A DNA stretch of 53,582 nucleotides from a virus (taxonomy: Duplodnaviria; Caudoviricetes): IMG/VR virus record IMGVR_UViG_3300036770_002010, positions 1 to 53,582 of that record; one strand, 5' to 3'. The stretch's first letter is position 1. Each line of letters starts with the position of its first letter. A program made the position numbers and the translations under genes. Shown here piece after piece: positions 30,764 to 39,237 of the stretch. The notes under the pieces are model-generated. The model made no database searches. It was not told the DNA's origin and was given only the letters and a program-made list of their open reading frames with translations.

Positions 30764-31380
30764 TTTATTATTTGTATTCCAGCTGTTAACGATATTGTTT
30801 TGCTTATCATATTATACTGCATACCTAATACATGATTATGTTTAGTTTTATACATTAATCCTAAACCATAATCTCTATTAGCATAAATAGTTCCTGTAAA
30901 TAACAAACTACTCTCTGGAGTAGCTATCTTTACATATTCTATTGTTCTTTCAGGATTTACTACAACAGTATTAGTGAACATACTCTGTATCTCTAAGGTA
31001 TCTAATTTAATACCTCTTTTAGTTCCCATGTAATAACCTCTTACATTTAGTGTATCAAATATAGATACACTTCCTTGTCTGCTACTTAATAAATAAGTTC
31101 TTAATCTATCATCTACTACTATTGTAGTATCATTATCTTCTATTATACTATCTACTTGTACTATAGTATTTACTAACTTTCCAGGTTTATATTTATTTAT
31201 AACAGATACTTTATTTTGTACTACAGCACAAGTATCTTTAAATACAGTAATGTATTCTTTTTTTATTTTAGTATCAGTAACAAATTCAATACCTAATCCT
31301 TTGTTATCGAATATAGTAAAGTAAATTGTTCCTAATATTAATCCAATGACTATTCCTAGTCCGTATTTCATTATTTCCAT
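30754..31380 (-). CDS. Membrane-anchored protein, possible spanin-like lysis accessory
   Basis: N-terminal TM helix; C-terminal amphipathic beta strands. Confidence 0.45.
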   Translation of the reverse strand: MEIMKYGLGIVIGLILGTIYFTIFDNKGLGIEFVTDTKIKKEYITVFKDTCAVVQNKVSVINKYKPGKLVNTIVQVDSIIEDNDTTIVVDDRLRTYLLSSRQGSVSIFDTLNVRGYYMGTKRGIKLDTLEIQSMFTNTVVVNPERTIEYVKIATPESSLLFTGTIYANRDYGLGLMYKTKHNHVLGMQYNMISKTISLTAGIQIIKWK

Positions 31381-31382
31381 AA

Positions 31383-33014
31383 TTATAGTTTATTTAACGA
31401 AGGTAATAACTTTCCACCATATTTAAATTTATTGTTACTATCTTTTTTATTCATAGTACTAGTAGCTGCTCCTGCTGCTATAGCTGCTGGTGGAAGAACT
31501 GTTTTCATACTACCATATACAGTACCAGTATTATTATAATACCCAACAGCTTTACCAGATTTAACAAAGTTTTCCCAAACATCTTTAGAACCTGTTCTAA
31601 TTATTTTACCAGAATCGTCTTTTATAGTTGTTGTTTGAGAATTAAATCCTGGTTTTACTCTACCTAAATCTAATAATTTAAGATAATCGTTTATTGATTC
31701 ATAAGTTCTTGTTCCTCGTCTACCTGAACTATCACCAAAAACTCCACTCAATGAATTGCCCATATTTAATCCTGGAATATTTTTATAATAATCTTCATCA
31801 GAAATATCTTCTACTTTACCTTTAAATTTACCAGGAATAATTTTTGTATTAAAATAACTTAAACCTTTAGGTGAATTAAAAGTAATTCTACCACTTTCAT
31901 CAATTCCTGTAACTGTGTAAGGAACTCCTGATGTATTTTTTTTAGCTATTATTTCATTTAATTTTGGTAAATTATCATTAAAAGTTTTTACGTAATCTTC
32001 TTTACTTATGTTTTCTATTCCTGATGTAGTTCTATTTACATTTAAATCCGATGCTATAAAATCTACTTTACCATTAGGTTTTAATACTATTTTTTCAAAA
32101 TCTTTATCTGGTAAATTCTTTATTAATTCTTTAGTTTCATTATCTACTCTATTTAAAACACCTTCTCTAGTAAATCCTGATCTACTATATACATTTGTTA
32201 CATTAGGTAATTGTACTTGTGAAGGTGTTCTTCTTTCATTCATTTCTATAATTTCTCTTCTAAAAGATTCAAGAAGGTCTTCATCTCTTTGATTTTTATT
32301 ATCAATAATATTTTCTAATGAAGTTTCAGATTGTCTTCTTAAATTTTCAATTTCTAAATCATTTTCTGCAAATCTTCTTGTAAGTTTATTTTGTACTTTT
32401 TGATTTTTAAAGTCCGTTATTTTAATTGCTTGTTGAGTTGTAATTCCAGGTTGTTGTGTTAAGCTTCTTAAGTCATTTATACTAAAACCTTCTAAACTTC
32501 TTGGCATTGAAAATTTTGGTATTGATGTAGATACTTTATTTGCTATTTTACGTGAATTAGATATTATTTTATTACCAACTTTAACACCAATTCCAGCACC
32601 AATTAAATTAGTTGGGTCTGCTACTATATCAGCTGCAAGACCTAAAGTATTTTTTAATCTACCATCAGGTAATTTACTATTAGCTACAACTTCACCTGGA
32701 GTATTATATTTATTATTAGTTAATCCTCTAGTCATCATTCTTTGTGGTTCAGACATTAATGTTGACGCTGCTGAATATAATTTATCACCAGGAGTTGATT
32801 CTTGATTTATACCCATAATTAATCTATCTTTTAATGATAGATTTCTAGTACTACCAGCATAATCATAACTACCATCACTCTTTCTAACAACACCATAATC
32901 TTTTCCATCACTAGCTTTTGCTATAAGTACATTTGGATTAGTACTACTTTTTCTTACTTGATTACTATCAAATGTAAGTTTACCAAGTCTTTGAGTATTA
33001 GGAAGTATTTTCAT
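31383..33014 (-). CDS. YGG-motif protein, putative virion cargo
   Basis: C-terminal KYGGKLLPSLNKL; internal DP.NLIG motif. Confidence 0.55.
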   Translation of the reverse strand: MKILPNTQRLGKLTFDSNQVRKSSTNPNVLIAKASDGKDYGVVRKSDGSYDYAGSTRNLSLKDRLIMGINQESTPGDKLYSAASTLMSEPQRMMTRGLTNNKYNTPGEVVANSKLPDGRLKNTLGLAADIVADPTNLIGAGIGVKVGNKIISNSRKIANKVSTSIPKFSMPRSLEGFSINDLRSLTQQPGITTQQAIKITDFKNQKVQNKLTRRFAENDLEIENLRRQSETSLENIIDNKNQRDEDLLESFRREIIEMNERRTPSQVQLPNVTNVYSRSGFTREGVLNRVDNETKELIKNLPDKDFEKIVLKPNGKVDFIASDLNVNRTTSGIENISKEDYVKTFNDNLPKLNEIIAKKNTSGVPYTVTGIDESGRITFNSPKGLSYFNTKIIPGKFKGKVEDISDEDYYKNIPGLNMGNSLSGVFGDSSGRRGTRTYESINDYLKLLDLGRVKPGFNSQTTTIKDDSGKIIRTGSKDVWENFVKSGKAVGYYNNTGTVYGSMKTVLPPAAIAAGAATSTMNKKDSNNKFKYGGKLLPSLNKL

Positions 33015-33016
33015 AG

Positions 33017-34312
33017 TTATAGTTTATTTAATGAAGGTAATAGTTTACCTCCATACATTTTCTTATTTTTACTTTGATGTTCTAATAAAGCTTGTTTAGT
33101 TTCATCCCCAAGTATTCCATCAAACCCACCTTCTTTTTTCATAGATTTTGGTAAATTATATCCTCTATTGTTTAATTCTCTTTGTAAAGCTAATGTATCA
33201 AAATTCTTTTTATCAGGATTTAATTTAGAAAGTTCATCATCAGAATAATGCATTTTGTCAAGTTGAGACCTTATATATCCTTTATCTTTTCCATAATCTT
33301 TTATATATATTCTATCGTATATTTCAAAAGGTTTACCAAAATCTACAGGACTTAAATCCCATTTATCATAATAAGATAAATAAGTACCTTTTTTATCTTT
33401 TCCAACTGATACTGTAAAATCACCCATTACACCTTTATTAACTTCACTATCTTTTAAAAGATATTCAGTTCCTAATGGTATATTTGTATTTTTCCATTCA
33501 CCTAAAGTACTATTTACATAAGATATTATTCCATCTTTAAACCCTTCATCATTTTTAAAAGAATAATAATTTACATCTTTGTTTGTAGAAATAGATGGTC
33601 TATAATCTGATATTTTAAAAGTATTATTTTTTTGAGGAATACCTGTATATAATTTAAAAGCATCAAATCTATTATTAATTTGTTTAGTAATATTTTTTTT
33701 ATCCTCAGAACGTTGAAATCCTCCTTTATTATCATAATGACTTCTATCTGATTCTTTATTATTAAATACACCAGCACTTAAAGTTCTACCTATCATATTA
33801 CGATAACTAACAGGAAATAAATTTTTAGAAAGATTTTTATTTAAAGAACTTCTATTTTGCAACTGTTCATTAGTAAGACCAGTTTCTCTTAATTGTTGTT
33901 CAGGCGTTCCTGCATAATTAGTATTATATCTTGTACCTTTATATATAAATTCTTTTTCTCCATTATTTCTTGCACTATTAAAAGCTTCTCCTCTTGTTTT
34001 AAGATTAGATAAATCTTCTACACCCCAGTTTTTAGGATTTAAATTAAGTTCGTTTAATTTATTTACTACTGAACTATATAAAGTAGGTTCTTTTTTAGAA
34101 TTACTTTCTACTTTAGGAGTTTTATCATTAGGGTCATAAAATCTATAACTACCATCTGAGTTTCTTATAACTTGTTTGTAATCATCTGTTAGTAATATTT
34201 TATCCTTACTCTTAGATTGTTGTTGATACAATGAAGATACTGGAAATGTTTTATTAGAATCAAATGAATAGTTTCCTATCTTTTGAATATTAGGTATTAA
34301 GTTATTTTTCAT
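33017..34312 (-). CDS. YGG-motif protein with a PG-binding-like domain
   Basis: LQREL..RGY.L....DGILG.ET..AL (PG_binding_1-like); C-terminal MYGGKLLPSLNKL. Confidence 0.6.
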   Translation of the reverse strand: MKNNLIPNIQKIGNYSFDSNKTFPVSSLYQQQSKSKDKILLTDDYKQVIRNSDGSYRFYDPNDKTPKVESNSKKEPTLYSSVVNKLNELNLNPKNWGVEDLSNLKTRGEAFNSARNNGEKEFIYKGTRYNTNYAGTPEQQLRETGLTNEQLQNRSSLNKNLSKNLFPVSYRNMIGRTLSAGVFNNKESDRSHYDNKGGFQRSEDKKNITKQINNRFDAFKLYTGIPQKNNTFKISDYRPSISTNKDVNYYSFKNDEGFKDGIISYVNSTLGEWKNTNIPLGTEYLLKDSEVNKGVMGDFTVSVGKDKKGTYLSYYDKWDLSPVDFGKPFEIYDRIYIKDYGKDKGYIRSQLDKMHYSDDELSKLNPDKKNFDTLALQRELNNRGYNLPKSMKKEGGFDGILGDETKQALLEHQSKNKKMYGGKLLPSLNKL

Positions 34313-34314
34313 AA

Positions 34315-34509
34315 TTAACAGTTTTTCATTTTACCACCATATTTCATTTTATTCATATCAGGAAGCATTCCACCCATCATTTTACTATTAGCTTTAATCT
34401 TTCTTTCTTGCTTTAACATTTCTGCTGTAGGTTTCTTAGGTGTAGCTCCAGTTCTTTTATTCTCTGCTGCTTTATTTCTTATATTCTTCCAAAGTGAGTT
34501 CTTTTCCAT
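34315..34509 (-). CDS. Small basic GG-motif protein
   Basis: KMMGGMLP and KYGGKM motifs. Confidence 0.6.
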   Translation of the reverse strand: MEKNSLWKNIRNKAAENKRTGATPKKPTAEMLKQERKIKANSKMMGGMLPDMNKMKYGGKMKNC

Positions 34510-34511
34510 AG

Positions 34512-34796
34512 TTATTGTATTTTATCTTTTATAAATTCATCAAACTTATCTTCAGGTACTGTATAAACAATTCCATCTATAGTAACCTCATAGTAGTCTT
34601 TAGGTCTTTTAGCATTAGCAATTAAATCATCTTTACCACCCACTCCATATTTCTCAAATTCTTCATGACTTAATAATATTACTTTATCTCCATAAGGTAT
34701 CTCATATAAATTTACTTTCTTTATATTACTTATATCCATAATTAAGTCTTTAGTAGGTATAACAAGGGCAAAACATATTATAATACAGTCAATCAT
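34512..34796 (-). CDS. Hypothetical protein
   Basis: 94-aa ORF; true start may be an internal Met. Confidence 0.45.
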   Translation of the reverse strand: MIDCIIICFALVIPTKDLIMDISNIKKVNLYEIPYGDKVILLSHEEFEKYGVGGKDDLIANAKRPKDYYEVTIDGIVYTVPEDKFDEFIKDKIQ

Positions 34797-35180
34797 AATA
34801 ATTAGTTTAAAACCTCAAACATCTATATAACAATCAAGCTCACATATTTATATGTGAGTGCCTGAAAGGCATACAAAGCCCATTACAACTTTTTTGTTGT
34901 TTTGAGGTTATTTTGATTTTTAAAAGTTATCTAAGTTTTTCACTGGCGGTCTGACTTTCGTTTTACCAAAGAGATTAAATCTCAATTCCTCCGTTTTCCC
35001 TTACCATGAAAATTCTCACCAAGATGGCAGGAGGATACCCTTAAAACTATTAATAACTTTCTTAAACCTAATGAAGTCCTTCGCTTATGTATTGGCTATC
35101 TACTCCAATCTGCTCTTTAGTCGTGTTAATGCTTTGTGACACTACAACTTAGGATTCTTGGTATCCTTAAAGAGGTTAGA
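34797..35180 (-). ncRNA. Candidate structured ncRNA or long leader
   Basis: ORF-free, GC-richer, several hairpins, downstream of a promoter. Confidence 0.4.
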
Positions 35181-35185
35181 TATTG

Positions 35186-35215
35186 CAAATATAAACTAAA
35201 AAAACCACAAAGCAA
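35186..35215 (-). promoter_or_regulatory. Bacteroidota sigma-A-type promoter driving the virion arm
   Basis: Minus strand TTG-N19-TATATTTG(CA), matching the Flavobacterium/Bacteroides consensus spacing. Confidence 0.7.
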
Positions 35216-35224
35216 GTGATTATG

Positions 35225-35386
35225 TTAGTTTAATGAAAAATTATTTAAGTTGCCTATGTCAGTAATTAACTTAACTGTATCAAAATCAATGTCATAGTCT
35301 AAAAGAAACTCAAATATTTCATTGATATTTTTTGCATGAAATTTTAATGGTTGTTCTTTACCATTTAATATTATAGCATACTTCAT
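35225..35386 (-). CDS. Small hypothetical protein (likely start MKYAII)
   Basis: Follows a TATATTTGCA element at 35398-35407. Confidence 0.5.
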   Translation of the reverse strand: MKYAIILNGKEQPLKFHAKNINEIFEFLLDYDIDFDTVKLITDIGNLNNFSLN

Positions 35387-35399
35387 AACTTTTTTCTTG

Positions 35400-35407
35400 C
35401 AAATATA
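35400..35407 (-). promoter_or_regulatory. -7 promoter element TATATTTG
   Basis: TAnnTTTG just upstream of the ATG at 35386. Confidence 0.55.
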
Positions 35408-35674
35408 CACATATATATATATGTACCCCCCGTGTTTTTTAAAAAAAATTAGAGTTGTAAAAGTAGTTTGTTTGTGAGCTGTAGTTAGAAATAAAAAATA
35501 ATGTGTTTACAAGCATCTATATCACAACCCCCACCAACATTTTCAAATTCTTCTACCCCGTCAAAGAATCTAGTGGCAATTGGTGATTGTGGTTGGCTGT
35601 TGTTACTACATAAACTGTAGAATAAAATAGACTTATGTACAGGATATTTCATCTTGAACCAAAACATTAACATT

Positions 35675-35896
35675 ATGAATATTCAAGCAGAAGATTTATT
35701 TGATTCAATTGAGGTATCACGAGGAGTGATACAAAGAATGATTAAATCTATTGATAACCCAAATAGGGATTTATCAATAGATTGTTACACATCTCAAATA
35801 AGAATTGAACTACACAGAATTGGTGTACTTCAGAATCAAATTATGAGAATATTAGAAACAACAGAACTCCGAGCGCAAGCTGGTGGAGTTATGTAG
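35675..35896 (+). CDS. Cassette 1 hypothetical protein
   Basis: ATG after motif copy 1. Confidence 0.7.
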   Translation: MNIQAEDLFDSIEVSRGVIQRMIKSIDNPNRDLSIDCYTSQIRIELHRIGVLQNQIMRILETTELRAQAGGVM

Positions 35897-35901
35897 TAAA
35901 C

Positions 35902-35941
35902 AAGTAGCACATTACATTAGTAGTGTGTTACTTCTCTTTTT
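35902..35941 (+). terminator. Cassette 1 terminator
   Basis: AAGTAGCACATTAC/GTAGTGTGTTACTT stem then T-rich tract. Confidence 0.75.
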
Positions 35942-36029
35942 ATACGTTGTATAAAACTATTAGTATAACTAATGTAATGCAATAGACTTATATAATGGAT
36001 ATTTCATTTTGAATCAAAACCTTTTTATT

Positions 36030-36158
36030 ATGAAAGAATATTTTATGGGTTCTTTTGGAAAAGAACAAAGAAAACTTTTCAATCTTAAAAGATTGAAATC
36101 AAATCCTTTAATCGTTGCTCAAATCATGGATTTAGCAACTAGAAAAGGATGGAAGTAA
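36030..36158 (+). CDS. Cassette 2 small basic protein (42 aa, not in ORF track)
   Basis: MKEYFMGSFGKEQRKLFNLKRLKSNPLIVAQIMDLATRKGWK between motif copy 2 and a terminator. Confidence 0.7.
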   Translation: MKEYFMGSFGKEQRKLFNLKRLKSNPLIVAQIMDLATRKGWK

Positions 36159-36165
36159 AAGAAAT

Positions 36166-36201
36166 AGAGTAGTAGCAATAGTTACTACTCTTTCTTTTTT
36201 T
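36166..36201 (+). terminator. Cassette 2 terminator
   Basis: AGAGTAGTAGC-AATA-GTTACTACTCT then T-tract. Confidence 0.85.
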
Positions 36202-36269
36202 AAAGTAAGTGTATATATATTACACAAACTAATGTAATGGATATTTTATCTTGAACCAAAATTAATATT

Positions 36270-36461
36270 ATGTTTTCACAAGAAGAATTTGGAGAATTAC
36301 TAGTGTTAGCACTAGAAAAAGCGTATGATGATTTAATATCATTACCAAAGAATGAGAAATATTATAATACAAAATTGTATAATACTATTCTCACTCGTTA
36401 TGAAAAAACAGTAGAAATTTGTAATTTCTATGTTGAACATTCAGATGATTTAATATGGTAA
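36270..36461 (+). CDS. Cassette 3 hypothetical protein
   Basis: ATG after motif copy 3. Confidence 0.7.
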   Translation: MFSQEEFGELLVLALEKAYDDLISLPKNEKYYNTKLYNTILTRYEKTVEICNFYVEHSDDLIW

Positions 36462-36467
36462 TAAAAT

Positions 36468-36499
36468 AAGAGTAATAGAAATATTACTCTTCTTTTTTT
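36468..36499 (+). terminator. Cassette 3 terminator
   Basis: AAGAGTAATA-GAAA-TATTACTCTT then T-tract. Confidence 0.85.
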
Positions 36500-36575
36500 C
36501 ATACTATATATTCATATACTTATATAATGGATATTTCTTTTTGAATCAAATGTTTAATCTTAAAAAATAATTACA

Positions 36576-36824
36576 ATGAATTTAAAAAAAGATTTTGGAA
36601 CTGTTTATTTAGAAACAAGTATCAAAAAAGGAGAATTTGATTATTATAAAGCCATTAAATCTTTAATGGATAATAATGGTTATAATACTGCATCTTGTGA
36701 TATTTGTTCAGTAGAAACAGAATGGAATAATGAAGAAGTTGATATAAAATTCAAATTTGTTCATTATTCTGTATCAACTATGAGTACAGAACCTTTCTTT
36801 AAAGTTAAGTTTAAAGAAGCGTAG
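36576..36824 (+). CDS. Cassette 4 hypothetical protein
   Basis: ATG after motif copy 4. Confidence 0.7.
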   Translation: MNLKKDFGTVYLETSIKKGEFDYYKAIKSLMDNNGYNTASCDICSVETEWNNEEVDIKFKFVHYSVSTMSTEPFFKVKFKEA

Positions 36825-36830
36825 TAAAAT

Positions 36831-36860
36831 AGAGTAGTAGAAATACTACTCTTATTTTTT
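36831..36860 (+). terminator. Cassette 4 terminator
   Basis: AGAGTAGTA-GAAA-TACTACTCT then T-tract. Confidence 0.85.
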
Positions 36861-36937
36861 ATACTACACAACTATATATATACTTATATAATGGATATTT
36901 CTATTTGATATTAATTTTTAATCTTAAATCAAAATTT

Positions 36938-37189
36938 ATGGAAATTATTTGTATTTACAAAACAAATAATAATTGTATTGCATTCATTGCACCTTTTTAT
37001 GAAGGTGATGATATACATGAATGTGAAATAGTTTTATCAAACTCTTTAAAAGATAGATTAGAAAATCATAAAAGATTAATGGAATGGGATACAGACCTTA
37101 ATCCATTAGAATTTAATGATTATGAAAAAGCTCATAAATACGCATTTAGTATCGCTTTTAAAGGTCTTGATTATGATGAATATCATTGA
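36938..37189 (+). CDS. Cassette 5 hypothetical acidic protein
   Basis: ATG at 36938 after motif copy 5. Confidence 0.7.
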   Translation: MEIICIYKTNNNCIAFIAPFYEGDDIHECEIVLSNSLKDRLENHKRLMEWDTDLNPLEFNDYEKAHKYAFSIAFKGLDYDEYH

Positions 37190-37198
37190 ATAAAAACA

Positions 37199-37226
37199 AG
37201 AGTAGTAGTAATACTACTCTACTTTT
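37199..37226 (+). terminator. Cassette 5 terminator
   Basis: AGAGTAGTA-GTAA-TACTACTCT then short T-tract. Confidence 0.75.
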
Positions 37227-37343
37227 ATACTTCGTATAAAACTATTACTATAACTAATGTTAATGTAATTAATAGATGCACTTATATAAAGGATATTCCC
37301 TTTTGTTATAGTTTTTTTGTTTTACTTTTAAAAACTTTTAAAG

Positions 37344-37820
37344 ATGGCTTTAGGCACTAAATCCACTACAAAGACTCCTGCTAACGCAGTTGAGTCTGTG
37401 AAGAACATCAATAATATCATCCATTTCATGGCTGAGATTACTGACATTCGTGAATGCAATAATCCAGAACTTCAAGAAGTTGTGGATGATATTGCATACT
37501 ACAAGTCATCTTCTGGTTCACTCTACCTATGGGCAGAGTGTACTCGCGAAGATGGTTTGTCTCAGTCAGCCATGTTGTTCCAAAATGTCTTATTCGACAA
37601 AAATGGTAAACAACGTTACGAAGTTGGCTCTGTCGTGCCAATCGATGCCGTTGTTACCAGCAATTCTGCCAAAGAAGATTCTCTGCTTTGGAAAATTGCA
37701 CCTCCAGGTGTTGCACCCAAAGTATCGTTAGACAAATTGTCTTCCGATTCTAAATGGGTACAAGCTGTACGTTCTGGCTCTATCAAGCCTTACGTACCAC
37801 CTGGATTGAAACTTAAATAG
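37344..37820 (+). CDS. Cassette 6 hypothetical protein (GC-richer codon usage)
   Basis: 158-aa ORF after motif copy 6. Confidence 0.75.
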   Translation: MALGTKSTTKTPANAVESVKNINNIIHFMAEITDIRECNNPELQEVVDDIAYYKSSSGSLYLWAECTREDGLSQSAMLFQNVLFDKNGKQRYEVGSVVPIDAVVTSNSAKEDSLLWKIAPPGVAPKVSLDKLSSDSKWVQAVRSGSIKPYVPPGLKLK

Positions 37821-37833
37821 TTTCAATAGAGTT

Positions 37834-37867
37834 AAGAGAGTTAGCAATAACTCTCTTCTCTCTTTTT
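37834..37867 (+). terminator. Cassette 6 terminator
   Basis: AAGAGAGTTA-GCAA-TAACTCTCTT then pyrimidine tract. Confidence 0.8.
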
Positions 37868-38339
37868 CAACTATTTTAGTTGATTAGATACTGGGAACTA
37901 ATGCGCGGAGCTAATGCCCGACTGTCGCTGTTACACTTTTACTTTCTTTGTTACACTTTTGCGTTTTACTGTCTAACTATTTGTAGTTAAAATGTTGATA
38001 GTGAATGAGTTGAGTGTGTGAATGGGAGTGATTACTCATCAAACACCCATTTTCAACTCATTTCGCTATTGATACCATTTGTTATATCTTGATAATACTA
38101 TTTAGTGTTAATGTAAAATATTTGATTAAAACCTAATTTACGAAGACAAGTATTGCAGCTTGTATGTATTAAATTAGGCATCAAATAAAAAAACTTAATA
38201 ACTTTCCAAGTTGTCGAGGACACCAGTTTCTTTGATAAATACTATTGTAAAGACCGTAATTGGAACGACTTTAGTTTAATTGTTGCAACGACAGTTTATC
38301 AAAGTTTTAGGTGTAAAACACAAATCAAAATCAATTAAT

Positions 38340-38705
38340 ATGAAAAATTTATTATGGTGTGCAAATCACCAACCATTACAAGAACAACTTGATTCATTAA
38401 ATGAAATGGGTAATGTTATCTTTTTAAAAGATATATATCCTGATATTATGAATCAATTGAGTAACACTCCACCAAGTAGAAGTGAATGTAGGATTTTAGC
38501 TGGTACTATTTCAGTTATTGCTGAAGAGTTAGATGCTAAGATTGTACAGTTAGGTGGTAGTCCATTATTCTTAGTAATGGCAAGTCCTATTATTGGTAGT
38601 GGTAGAATGATATTCGCTGATTCAGATAGAATATCAGAAGATATACCACAACCAGATGGTAGTGTTAAAAAGATTTCAACTTTTAAACATAAAGGTTGGT
38701 CTTAG
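38340..38705 (+). CDS. Csx20-like (CARF-related) protein, candidate ring nuclease
   Basis: NH...EQ, SNTPP, QLGG, S.R.SE...QPDGSVKK.S.FKH.G motifs recalled from the Csx20 family. Confidence 0.55.
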   Translation: MKNLLWCANHQPLQEQLDSLNEMGNVIFLKDIYPDIMNQLSNTPPSRSECRILAGTISVIAEELDAKIVQLGGSPLFLVMASPIIGSGRMIFADSDRISEDIPQPDGSVKKISTFKHKGWS

Positions 38706-38712
38706 TATTACA

Positions 38713-38738
38713 GTAGAGTGGTAGTAATATCACTCTAC
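38713..38738 (+). terminator. Hairpin of the cassette-terminator family
   Basis: GTAGAGTGGTA-GTAA-TATCACTCTAC; weak T-tract. Confidence 0.55.
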
Positions 38739-38859
38739 GATTGTTAATTAATAATATGATATGAAAACATTTAAGACAGAGCTGAAAACTCTTTAAACTT
38801 ATTCTAAGTGATTTAGAAATCACGTATGTCCTGACTTTAACTACAGAGTAATTAACTGT

Positions 38860-39060
38860 GGGAATGGACTCTAACTTTAATGTATCATTCTAGTTTCACA
38901 AGGACTGGCAGTTGTAATAATATTCTCCCATCGTGGTAAGAACAGAGAACTATACTATGTGAGTATAGAATAAAATAATTTCATTGTATTGAAATACATC
39001 TATTACAACTGAATACAGAGTGAATAAAAAAAATCTCATTTGAGGACACTAGTTTCTTTT
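38860..39060 (+). ncRNA. Candidate multi-stem ncRNA
   Basis: Perfect 11-bp closing helix (38909-38919 with 39001-39011) enclosing three hairpins. Confidence 0.5.
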
Positions 39061-39237
39061 ACTTATGTTTAATTAGAGTAATTAAAATTATTTAGTTTAA
39101 AGCTTAGAGTATTACATCAACCTAGGATAAGATGTAATATGCTCAAAACCGCAACTTACTAAATAACTCTTGAATTAAACCGAACAAATTGTAAAAGTTT
39201 TATAGTGTATTTTTATTATTAACCAAAACCTAAATAT

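Larger units (their letters stand above)
35631..37860 (+). repeat. Array of six motif-ORF-hairpin cassettes
   Basis: Motif ACTTATATAATGGATATTTCnnTTTG at 35631, 35986, 36228, 36518, 36882, 37280; hairpin plus T-rich tract after each ORF. Confidence 0.92.

Noticed and set aside
35387-35410. MYICKKKV N-terminal extension
   Set aside because: It is the translation of the TATATTTGCA promoter element; the real start is probably 35386
35631-37860. CRISPR array or integron attC array
   Set aside because: Units are hundreds of bp, variable in length and contain complete ORFs; repeats are degenerate; no cas or integrase gene in the window and no attC core sites recognised
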